64,000 bases of DNA from Klebsormidium nitens (taxonomy: Eukaryota; Plantae; Klebsormidiophyceae): the NCBI GenBank assembly GCA_000708835.1, contig DF237162.1, forward strand, positions 1-64,000, written 5' to 3'. Under the pieces are notes generated by a model. That model was not told the origin of the DNA. It searched no databases and was given only the letters and a program-made list of their open reading frames with translations. The translations under genes were made by a program, and so were the position numbers. Within the stretch, counting starts at the first letter, position 1, and every line of letters begins with the position of its first letter. Positions 38,798 through 50,310 of this stretch are shown piece by piece.

Positions 38798-41700
38798 CCT
38801 CTTCTCCGCCCCAACGAGAACAGCTGCGGCCACAGCAAGCTCGCTCTCTTCATCTTCCTCTACCTGAACCCCCTGTCGCTGAACCATCGCGCCGCGGAGT
38901 TCGTCGCGCTGCTCGCGATCCTTCTCCCAACGAGCGGCGCGGCCGCGCTCGCGCTCGCGCGCTTTTATCCCCAGGGCCATTACGCGGCGTCCTTCGGCCT
39001 TGGGGGCGTCGCCCTTGTCATCCTCTTGGCCATGCAGCGGCTGTACCTCACCGTAGCGGAGAGAGTTCCGAGGCGACGGGTGAGCCTGATGCTTTTTGTA
39101 ACGGGTTTCCTTCCGATCAAACATGAAATTGATCGCATGACCACGAATTTGCCCAACGTTCCCCTGAAAACTTCCGTTTACGGCTGCAGCTCATACCTAA
39201 CGTCGCAAACGAAGCTTAGATCAGCTCTGCAACCTCGACCAGCTGAGTCTGGAATCATTTCTACGATTGAATCGTTTACAGAAAGCCTGATTCCCTCAAG
39301 ATAGTAATAGCAGCTTTTTCACCCGTTGCAGATTGCACACTCTACGAGCCCCCCGATCCGAGGAGCTGCTTTGGTGCCTCGCTGACCGACTCCGTTTCCA
39401 GGAGTAAGTAACTTCGACAATTCACTTAACGTCCCGCTGACCGGGACTTGGTCTAAGTTTGCTTCGGCTTCTGGTTCGTTTGCAAAGCTGTGACGAGGTC
39501 TCTCAGCACTGGAAGTTTGGTCTTGGCAGACTCTCATTCAGATCCTTCACCCTGAGAGCGTTCTTTGTCAAAGCCCTCTTCATTCTGTCTACAATGCTGA
39601 CGTCGAACTTCGCGCCCGCAGTTCCTCAAACGCCCGCGGCTCTCGTCAGCTTCACGGGCCCCTGATAAAGCTCGCCTACAGCAAGCGAGTTCCGTCCAAG
39701 TTCAGACTTTTCCTCATCCTACGCTGACGTCCGCGTTCCGCCCCCGCAGTTCCTCAGACTTTCGCGGCTCTCTTGCAGGCTTCATTGGCCCTCAGCAGGG
39801 CAGAATTATCATGAAAACTTGACATCAGATTCCGTCCGTTGCCCAATGCCGAACGAGCTACCTCCCCTACAGCCAGCAGGACAAGCTTCTCATTGGAATA
39901 CTACTTCAGAAATCGGATTCCGTCCGTTTCCCAATCGTTCCGCTGACGTCCACCTTCTGTCTCTGCAGTTTTATGGACTTCCGCGGCGCTCGTTCCGCTT
40001 CACCGGCCCTCTAAGCTACCTCGCCTCCACTCCGCAGGGCAAGCTTCTTTCGAAAATCTACGTTAGAGACCGGATTCCGTGCATTTCTTGATCGTTCCGC
40101 TGACCCCTTATTCCGCTTCCGTGCAGTTCCTGGGACACCCGCGGCGCTCGTGCAGCTTCACCGGCCCCCTGAGCTACTTCGCCAACACCCAGAAGAGCAA
40201 GCTTCTAAAGGAGATTCCTGTCAGATACCGGATGCCGTGCGAATTCCGTTCGTTCCGCTGACGTTCACATTCCGCCTTCGCAGTTCCTCGGACTTCCCCG
40301 CCGCTTGTGCAGCTTCACCGGCCCCCTGAGCTACCTCGCCTAACCCCAGGACCTGCTTTTTACGAGGCTTCACGGCAGAAAACAACCACTTATGGAACTT
40401 AAGGCAGAAAGACAATTGGTCGAGACCTTTCGAAATCTCTCCGCTGACGTCAGCATTCCGCCCTCGCAGTTCCTCGGACTTCTGCGCCGCTCGTGCAGCT
40501 TCACCGGCCCCCGGAGCTACTTCGCCTAGCCCCAGAGCTTCTTACGAGGACAGAAAAAAACTTTTGAAACTTCACGGCCGAAAGACCATTTGTTCCAGAC
40601 ATTTCGTGATCTTTCCGCTGACGTCAGCATTCCACCCACGCAGTTCCTCGGCCTCCCGCGGCGCTCGTGCAGCTTCACCGGCCCCCCTGAGCTACCTCGT
40701 CTACACCCAGCTCAACCCGTTCTGCCTCGAACCGCGCCGCGCCGAGTTCCTGGTTTAACTTTCTCCGGGACTGTGGCAGCTTTCTGGAAAAGCTCTTCCA
40801 TACTCCGCCACGTCAGCATCACCGAGCGGGCCACGTGGTACGAGGTCTACTGGCCGTTCCTGATCTGGTTCGGGTTTCATTGGTAATCGACATGGACTTC
40901 CTGGAGCTGCCGCGGCGCGCGTGGCGGCCTTACGGTGAGTTTTCGGGCCTTTCAACTCCTTTTCTATGTTTGATTATTGTACGTTTTACGATCTATCTCA
41001 GAACGATACGTTTTGAACTTCGCGGGTGTCATCTACGCGGAAAAGGTCAGAATTTATGATCTAGGGTTTTTAAACACTCAGTTTTGTAGTTCTTCTAAGA
41101 AATTGTAATGTACAATTTCAGATTTCCTTTGCTTGGAAGTGACGGGGGCGGCTTAATTGAAGGAACGCTGCCTGGTTCAAAAGAGTGGGGGAATTTTGGA
41201 TGGATCAGATAGTACGATTAGAGGCTGAATATGGGGTCCTCAAATGAGAATTTCGTTTCGAAGCGTCCAATCGTTTGAACCTCTTGCCTTGGCAAGCTGG
41301 CACACTTGGTTCTCAAACATCATGGAATTTTTTGCGGAACCATTCATGAGACGCCCTAGTCTTATCCGTGTGCAGATTTTCCCGATCCGAGGCGGCTGTT
41401 TCCGGGAGCAAATCTAGCGCCTCCAGCACAGGTGAGATGGGGAGCGACAGGCAATCAGACAATGCGTCTCGATTCAGCGAAATTCACGCTGCAAAGTGAG
41501 TCTCTGTAGAAGGTTTGAGCCCTAGGTTTGAGCCCACAGAATTTGCTTCTTAAGCCTGCATGGTGCCTGTGATTCAGAGTGCGAACTCTGGCCTCCTTTT
41601 TCTTTGATGAAAGAGCTTGCTCAGAAACAATACCTAAACCCTACGACCAGTAACCGTCAACTCTTTCGAACCCCCTTTGGGCCGCTTGCAGCTGCGCGCG

Positions 41701-43861
41701 CAGAAGGTTTGGCCGCTAACCAGACTGAGTACCAGATGGCGGCTCAGTTTATTGACCAGATAACCGCGCTGACCTGGTTAACGCCCAAGTCTGGATATTG
41801 AACATGTATCCACTTTCTACCAGCCCTTAACCCACCCATGGTTAATGGCGAAACTTTTTCCTGCAGCCGTTCGTCCCGCCTACCAAGACGGCCTTCGGTC
41901 ACACCCGCTCCGCGCATTACTTCTTCCTCCACCTGAACCCCTTCGCGCTCAACCATCGCGCGGCGGAGTCCGTCGTCTTCTTTCCGTTCGTGCTGCTGAC
42001 GTGCATCGCCCTCCCAATCTATCTTTCGCCACGATAACCGGTACGACGCTTCGTTGGCGGTCCTGGGCTTATCCTGCTCTGGGCGTTCAAGAGATATTAC
42101 CTGTAGTTCACGGGGTTTATGATGACGCGCCAAGGTGAGAGAACTCCAAGATGGTGCCTTCAGAAGTTCCTCGAAGAGGCAGGTCAAAAGGGAAGGGATG
42201 CATGCTGACCATTGATAAGCGTATGATGCTTTGGATGCTTATGATTGAGTTTGGTCCTTGTAAAAGAAGGTGGCGGTCTAGAGAATCTGAGACATGTGCC
42301 GCAGGTCGACTTTCGACTGCATCCTTTTGCATTTGATTTTTATTTTGATGCCTCTCAAGCGAATGGTTGCATCTAGAACAGAGTGGAAGGGCAAAACGAC
42401 AAGAGGATGCTTGCGAAGTGGGGGTTGAATTGGCGACCAGTTTTAGCTGCTACTGGTCGCATTGTCAAGACGTCCACAAAATGGCGAAGAGCCCCCCCTT
42501 TGGTTTCCTGTTGAAAGTCTTTTGTGTGATCGCCACTCGAGTCCTCCATCGATTGAGCTTTCTGTTTCATGTAACCCTTATTCTTACAACATGTAGTTGC
42601 GGATTAGATGCATAAACTGTCCCTCACCTCTAAACGGCAGCACTCGACTTCGTGACTCAGAGCAATCCTGTTTGCTCCAGAACCTCGCACTACTTCTGAA
42701 GGATATCAACATGCCTAGGTCAGACGCTCTTCCCTACTACCTATGCCACCGTGCGGTGTAGAATTTATGGGTCTCGCTTCAAGCGAACATTATAAGGTTC
42801 CTTTTAGCTTCCGACGCTCAAGTGATTACTTTTCTTCGTGCAGACCCCAGACTAGTCAAGCTTCACAACGAAATGACGTGCTACGGGCAGCTCTCTGACG
42901 CCACGCCCGGGGTAAGCGCATCCGTAACCCATGCTCACCAGGTAGTCTCCGTGTTCTCATTCAAACGCACGCTGCGAAACACCGACGGAAGCAAGCTGAG
43001 TCGAAGGTCAAAAGCGCCCTTCGGAGCTATGCCTCGCCGTCAGGTGCTAGTTAACAGATCAAGAAAGTTTTCTGAAAAGCCCACGAGTGCGAGTCTGACT
43101 AGGTATAGCATGCGAACCCTTCCAACGAGTGTTGAGTCTCAGGGAGGAGTGCCGGCAAAGCACGCTGCACGCCGCTGTGGCAAATCCATCCTATTATGTC
43201 GGCACACGATCTGGCCACGTGTCCAATGCAAACCCCGGGTCTGGGGACCACGCAATCGTCTTTGTCAACCAGGACGTCAAAGTGAGGTTTGGTTGAAACG
43301 CGGGGAATCACAGGTCGTTAGCTTGGATTTGTGCCTGTCTGCTGATTCCCGTGCTCTCAAACTGCACTCGTTCTAAAAACCCCTTTATTGCCACGTCAGA
43401 GTTCCCCTTATTCCGCGCTCCTGTTCCGTGCAGCTCCTCGGCGGCCCTGTTCCGCTAGAGTTCCGTTACAGTCATCTCACAATTTCGTACAATCTGCTGT
43501 TCAAACCGTCTAATCTCTTGCCACATCGGATCAGTAAACCTCGCGCCCCCCGCGCCCCTGTTCCGCTCAGTTCCGCGGCCGCGCGCGCCTCTCCTACGCC
43601 TTCCGCGACCCCTCAGCCGCCGCGTCGCGCGCGCCCACCTCAACCTACTCGCGCACGATCCCCCGGCCGCGGAGTTCCTCGTCCTTCTGCTCCCCTCGAC
43701 TTTGGCAGCCTGCGCGGGCTTTCTCTACCTGGCCACTCATGCTGACGTCACAACGCCCTGGTAACGAGTCTGGGGGCCGCTGATTCCGTGGGGCTTGTGG
43801 GCCTGGCTCCTGGATCTATACTTCCTGGAGCTGCCGTCGAAGCAGTGGAAGCCGCCGCACG
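38798..43861 (+). pseudogene. Unrecognised multi-pass membrane protein locus made of four related exon modules; modules B-D carry frameshifts or stops
   Basis: Modules: A 38798-39079 (open; YLNPLSLNHRAAEFVALL), B 40644-about 40945 (TQLNPFCLEPRRAEFLV...DMDFLELPRRAWRPY), C 41867-42134 (HLNPFALNHRAAESVVF) and D about 43433/43571-43861 (HLNLLAHDPPAAEFLV...DLYFLELPSKQWKPPH). Each is bounded by cag| and |gtgag. Confidence 0.6.
39595..40720 (+). repeat. Seven tandem copies of a branch point-pyrimidine tract-CAG-exon start unit
   Basis: gctgac...cag|ttcctcggNctNccgcggcgctcgtgcagcttcaccggcccc with AG ends at 39621, 39749, 39968, 40126, 40283, 40469 and 40643. Confidence 0.92.
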
Positions 43862-46613
43862 GTGAGCATCGAGTCTTCGTTTTCTTCGTCGTCCGTTGAG
43901 TGAATAGTTTTTGGAGAAGGTTCTAAAGTTGCTCCTACATCGCATGTTTTCGGACAGCCAAAGAGAGCGAGCGAGCCGCGTAGCTGCTCGGCGGATCAGG
44001 GTTATGCTTTGGGTTGTGCAAGCCGAAGAAAACCATGCTTCACAGCTGACCAGAACTGAAAGAGGAAACTTCGAGATGATGTCTAATGTTGACCTTCGTC
44101 TCGCATGCACTGTGCCGAACTGTGCCGATACAAAGCATCAGGAAACAACTTTCGATTTCGGAGGTGGTTCCCTCTGGCTGAATTGCTCTCGGCCACCGAG
44201 AGCGTTATCAACCGGGGTTGCCAGCTTGCTTACTATTTATGACTAGAACCGGTGCTCAAGTTAGCTTCGCACCGCGCCATTCCTTTGCAAGCGCGCACAA
44301 GCTTTGTCTCGGTCCTTCTCTAGCGCTCGCGTTAGATTGTATCAGTTTAAACGCGTAGGCGAAACTGATGAGACGGCCTTCAAACGTGTTGCGTTATGCG
44401 CGTAAGCGGAAGTGATGGGACGCGCGGCACCTCAGAAGTTGGAATCTGACTCGATGTGAAAGACTTTACCACTTACGCTCAAGAAATTCCTGAAAACCGT
44501 CCACAAGAGATATCTCCTTTCCAGATCCAACCGTTTCTGCCAACCGTCAGATGACCGACTATAACACCTTTGGGAGAAGCATCGCTCCTGAGCGACCACG
44601 ACCACAATCTCCAAAGCCTTTCACATTTGACAGAGTGGCCAACTCGTTTCAGAAGGACGTATTGAAATTTTCCAAATTTTTGAGTTGATTGAACGTTACC
44701 GTGTGCAGAAAAAGTCTTAATCTTAGGTCGAGTGAGCCAGGTGGGTGACGTAAGGATACAATAGGAACCGGGCGCACCCACTAGATCAAAACCCTGGTTA
44801 CAAACCCACGCGCTCCGCACCCGTGCCCCGTTCTAACCCCGTCTCTCCCCAGGCACTAACCTCACTTAACCTGGCTGTATCTCAGCATGCAACTGATACT
44901 ACTGTGTGCAGATCTGCCGGCCTCGCTCCGAGCCGGAAGAGGAGGTGTGAAGAGCTGGTGCAAAAGTGACGGGACAAGGTAAATCGACCATCGGACCTGA
45001 ATCTTTAGGCCTGCACTTACCAAGAGACGACCTAAATTGCAGCACGAGTTCAACAGATAGCTCTCACCGTTAGCAACTTATCTGGATGTTCCGTTATCCC
45101 TTTTCATATTCGTCAGGTTCTAGTCGTCAACAGATTTCACTTCCTGACGCAAGAAGCTTCGGAACTCGCGGTTGCTTGAGCTAGATGCGACTATCTTAAC
45201 TTGGTCAAAGTAGAAACCTTGAAAAGCAATGGTGGGCGCGTTAGTGGATTCTCTCGCGAATCCCCCACTTCGCAGCTCTAGTGACTGCTGTTTTCTGACG
45301 AACTTCCAGCTTCGAAGGATTCAGTGTCATTGGTCAAGCGGCCTTGAATTGAGAGAGAGAATCCATTCCTGGAACAGGACGGTCCCAATAAGGTCTTCCG
45401 TCTATTCCTTCAACGTTCAGTGTTGTGTTCGGTCAACTTCCATCTGAGAGCGCATTAAGTGACTTGCAATAACATTCCTCGACATATCGTGCTAGCTAAA
45501 AATCATCCGTTCTTCATTCCGAAATAACATGTGCACATGTTCGGACTGTTTCGTTGGCATGCATCAGATTTGGTCCACTCTTTTCTTGCAGGGTACGTCT
45601 TTATGGCTGGCTAATCACAAAGAACAAGGTCGAAGTCCTATGATGATGACGAGCGCCTCAAGATTTTCAACGAGGACAATAGTCAATCAAGTAGGAAGCA
45701 TGTGGTTCAAATGAAGGGACTAAACGTGCAGCAAAGAAGGGTATAGCCTGGCGGTCATAATCATCTGGACCAGGTTTCCTTGTAAGTTGGCAAATCTTTT
45801 ACTTTTGCTTTGACGCAGTGCACCCATGCTTCCGCGTGTCTGAACACCTTCGTATATAGGTATATGTAACTAGAATTCCTTCTTGAGGGACGGACCGTTC
45901 CGTCGCCAGAAGTCTAGCATTATTAATGTAAAATGGCAGCTCGGGTATAAACACGGTGCATTATATCAACGCGCATGCAGCATTATTGTAACCTTCCTCA
46001 TTCCATTCCATGCAGTATCATGCATAAACTATTCATGTCATTTCATGATTCATCTTTTCGCTTCGCTACATTTTGAGTGCATTTGTTGAATGGGGCTATT
46101 TCGACCGTGATAACACAATCGCGGTTTTTCTCCCCCTCCAATATTCGCATGATAGTGATAGGGTTATGGAAATATGCATATGATGTACAAAGGATTGATG
46201 CATACCTTCCGCACAGTTAATATATCAAATGTAAGCGTATATGTTATATTTTAGAGAGAAAAGCGGTACTATCATTTGCAGATATATGCATGATTTTGCT
46301 TGTGGTTTGTCAATGGATATTCAATTGAAGCGCAAGACTGACATATAGTGAAGTGTGACAAATGCGTAACCAAGACGTGTTGACAAACCTTCGCTCTCCC
46401 CAATTCTACAATTCCGCAGTCATTGTTTGTTAGATTGAGGTGCACTTACACAAAATCCTCTTTTGCTACGATTTCTTACTTTACAAATGGTCGAAGACAA
46501 ACGTGAGTAGAGAGGCTGAATTCCCCTTTTTACTCATCCTCTCTGGGTTACTCTCTTTCCTCGTTTTCTCTGCTTTATTACAACATCAATTACACGTCTA
46601 GTTCAAATGTACT

Positions 46614-48296
46614 TTACATGTGAACCTTCTCCTTAATCTTCTGCATGGTGCTCTTGTGCTCATGGCCATGGGTCTCAGTTCCAAGGTCATGACGTTCACC
46701 CACAGCTCCGGTGTGCAGACCCGCACCAGTGTGAGTGCCAACACCGGTGTGAGCGCCAGTGTGGGTGTCAGCTCCTGGGTGGCGGTTATGGTCAACCACA
46801 CGCTCTCTGTATCTGCAGTTGTATTGAAATTCCAATAGTTAGTCACAACCATTCCCATCTTCAGTTAGACTGATAGTTGCAAGTGTGGGTTTGGACTGTG
46901 CGATAAATGGAAAGCATGTAACCAGTACCCAGAATGGTGCAAGTAAATTACTGGAAGTATGCTACAGAGGGGTAAGCAGACCGTTCTTTTCTCATTGCTG
47001 ATGCCATCATGCGAAGGAAAAAGAATAAATTGCAAAAAGCTTGGGTGGCTGAAGCAAAACCCGCTTGTTGAGAGCTTCTTCAGAACTGCATGTCGACAAG
47101 AGCCAGCTCGGGAATAAACATTCAACGTTTACTGGCCCTACTTTTCCTGCTCAAATCACTTCAGAAATCGCAAATGAAAGGAACTCAAATCTCTGAATGG
47201 CAACTCCTTTCATACATTACATTGTTTAGTATTATATGCCCTTCATCGAGGACCAAGTCAAAACTGGCGCATACAACCTGACTGAGTGATCCCCCATTTT
47301 CTCCAATGCATGCGCAAAGTAGTCATACTCAGCAGTGGTGCAGATGTTGAGAGTACTCACTCTCCGGTGGGCACATTGACCTCCCTCTGGACAGCCTCGT
47401 GGTGCATCTCAGGGACGGTGCGCGTCTCCTTCTCCATGACGATCTTGTGCTTGGGCACCATCACCTCCTCTTGCCGCTCATGCATCCTAGGCACGTGCTC
47501 GGTCCTCTGCTCGGTGCGCATCTGGGGGACCTTCTCCACAGTCTCTGTGCGCGTCTCATACTGCCTTGGCTGCAAATGCAAGACACGGGTTGAGAAGACT
47601 GGCAGGGCGCGCAATGACAGCAAGTTTAAAGCAAAGCTGCATGACTCCTGCTTCAGGAAACTTCCCTCGCTGAAGAATTACCACCTGAATATGTAGGGCA
47701 GTGACCAGCAGAAAACACCCTGGAGGTGCATTTCACAATGAGGCAGGCTAAGATAAGGGCCTTTGTTGAATGTGCAGAGAGGGTATAATGAATGGACTGG
47801 TCACCAGTAAGTAGTATGAAGTTGAAGTGTTCCATGGAATCACACCCTGAGCTACAAAAGCAACTGTATGAAAGATGCATTGCATGATCTTTTTTTAATG
47901 CTTCGACCAGCAATGCTGCGACAGTCTTCTGAGGCCAAGGCAATACAGGAAAACCTCTGTACTCTCACCCTAGTGTTCTATCCACCAAGCTCATGAAAGT
48001 GCGCAGCTGTCACATTGCCAGTGCCTCTTGTGGCTGTTCCCTTCGTCATGCCAGTGGAACAGTGGAGTGCTCACCACTGCATTGTTTCAACAGACAGACA
48101 TCCACAGAATGGCCAGAAACTACAAACCCCCGCATTGCATTCATACTGCAATGTGCACTGCAATTGCCAAACCACTGAACAAATCAGAGAAGTAGGCGCT
48201 TCAGCTCACCAGGCCCTCAGCGTCATGCACGCGCTCGTGCTCCTGGTGGTGGGCCTTCTTATGCCCCATGCCGAGAGTCTCCTTCACCTTCTCCAT
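46614..48296 (-). CDS. Small hydrophilic dehydrin-like (LEA2-like) protein with a V/E/R/P-rich central segment, 3 exons, 164 aa
   Basis: Exons 48296-48210 (87 nt), 47569-47361 (209 nt) and 46812-46614 (199 nt) splice in frame. The N-terminus is MEKVKETLGMGHKK, there are HTG repeats, and the C-terminus HEHKSTMQKIKEKVHM* resembles the dehydrin K-segment. Confidence 0.8.
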
Positions 48297-48531
48297 TTTG
48301 GCAGCTGGCGGTAGCGAAGCTTGGGCGCTAGTTTTTGGTTTCTGGGCGTACAACAGAGAATTGGAGCTGGCAGAATACAGATTTGTGAAGAAGTAAAGAT
48401 GTCAAAATGTTATGTACCACAATGGCTCATGTTCTCGAGTCTTCAGCATCAAACGCAAGCTTGGCTGATGAGCTGTTATCTGTCGTTGTGGCGGGATGCT
48501 ATTGGGCGCCTCATGCGGGCATCACTTCGCG

Positions 48532-48621
48532 TCGGCATCATCATTGGACCGGCGCTGCCCCAGCGGCCAATGCTGCTCGGCATCATCATTGGACCGGCGC
48601 TGCCCCAGCGGCCAATGCTGC
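48532..48621. repeat. Perfect 45-bp tandem duplication upstream of the dehydrin-like gene, each unit with ATTGG and CCAAT
   Basis: tcggcatcatcattggaccggcgctgccccagcggccaatgctgc at 48532 and 48577. Confidence 0.9.
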
Positions 48622-49742
48622 ACTGCGTTGCATGCATTGGTCGTTATCTGCATGTCATATTACGAATCACGAGCAGTGCCCGAGTCGGCTGAACCCGACG
48701 GCACTGGGCACTTCCTGACGCGCAGTTGCGGAGGACTTTGCTGTGAACACACTAGGCCTCGCATGCAACTAGGTACCTACCGTACTTGCAAGCAGAGCTC
48801 TGCAATGAAGGATCGTGACTCGTGAGTCGGACTTTTGACGGGGTGCAACTCCCTTGTCTCGTATTTAATAGGGGCTTGTCTGAGTTGTCTCCTAGGTGTT
48901 AGGTTCACAGGCCGGGGGACGAGTAGGGTTGGTTTGGGGGTTAGGGTGGGTACGGGTGCGGAGCGGGTAATTCTCAGGGTTTAGGTTTTTTAATTGTTTC
49001 CGTCCCCTCGTCCCCGAGCACTGTCCAGATAGTCAACATGGACATAGGTAATTAAAATCGAGAAGTATGGAGTTGCATGCGCGGGCGGCGGTACACGTTT
49101 CATCAACATAAATTATGCATGATGCATTCAATTACCATGACAACATATGGGGCATATGCTGCGGAGAATGCGGGTCGCGGCTTGACCGCGTGCCTTCGAT
49201 GGGCCGCGGCCGGCCAGGTTGCGGCAGCGCCCCGCCCGGGGCGGCCCATTCCGGAGTCCGGTCTCGGCGGAACGACACGTCAAAATTCCGGCGGATCAAG
49301 TGGGAACTCTACGTTGCTGGCAATGATCTCGATTATCCGGCCGACCCCGCTTTCCAGGCTTCATGATCATCGGACGCCTTCAGGCTTGATTCGTGGTATC
49401 TTACGGTTGAAAACAGCTTGCAGTATATCCTGATTCCCGACATCAATCCGTTGTCAGCCGGAAATCAAGGGCCTAAATTGGATATTCGCACAACTTCCAA
49501 TGCCGTATCGCATGTTATTGATTAGTGTTCACCGTTTCGTGACCCTTCTCATCTGATAATACCGTATAACTTTTCGGACCTATACCCAGGGTTCAAACTT
49601 CAGACCGTAATCTAGTCGGTAAACTTATCGACAGTAAAATTTGTGACAACAGTCAAAACAGTTGACGAGCTAGGGTATGATTTGATTTCGGATCGAAAGA
49701 TATTTTGATTCTTAAGTTTTTAACCAGGAATCTTGACCAGAA

Positions 49743-50310
49743 ATGCCGTTGCAATTTAGGAGAACAATACTGCCGTTTGATACGAGCGCGTTTGGTTCAT
49801 TATTTTATGATAAGGCATTGCCTCGTTTTGAAAGGGCACTTGAACCGGGGGATTCGGATCGTAAAGTTCGGTGGTCGAACTTTGTGCATTGGCGCGCAGG
49901 GCGCTGGGCTTCCGGGCTGGTGACTCCGAGTCGGACCCGCCGGACGGCGAGGAGCCGGCGGCCGGTACGTTTTCAGAACCAGATTGACGGTACCGTACCT
50001 ATCTGTTTGATTTGCCAGTGTGAGGAGGAACTGGTAGGTTAATTGTCGCGAATTATTATATATTANNNNNNNNNNNNNNNNNNNNACGAGGACCATTTCA
50101 TTTTCGAGTGCCCAGCTTATAGGTTCCTACGCACAGAGCGGTATATGGATTTGTTTGTTGGCCAGTCCGCATTTAGTCTGCGTCATTTTATAGGTCAGGA
50201 GAACCAACAGAGGGTTGCTAGCTTTGTTAGAGAGGCGTTTAGGACTCGAGACTACATTCAGACCTTGTCTCATGAGCCACCCATGGCTCATTATTAAAAA
50301 AAAAAAAAAA
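49743..50310 (+). mobile_element. 5'-truncated non-LTR retrotransposon (LINE) 3' end with C-terminal CCHC zinc finger and poly(A)
   Basis: ICLICQCEEELV...EDHFIFECPAYRFLRTERYMDLF matches the CxxC...EDxxHFxFxCPxY..R ORF2 C-terminal motif. The stop TAA at 50295-50297 runs into A15. The 5' boundary is approximate and no TSD was found. Confidence 0.75.
50066..50085. other. Assembly gap (20 N)
   Basis: Run of N in the sequence. Confidence 1.

Noticed and set aside
39595-40720. CRISPR-like repeat-spacer appearance
   Set aside because: Eukaryotic context, repeats are degenerate and contain splice signals, spacers are mutually related, and no cas genes are present.
42822-43376. 184-aa ORF between membrane modules C and D, with a faint LHNEMTCYGQL kinase-like snippet
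   Set aside because: No downstream catalytic motifs, so the similarity is too short to support.
48825-48860. B-box/tRNA-like gacggggtgcaactccc
   Set aside because: No convincing A-box or cloverleaf could be built.
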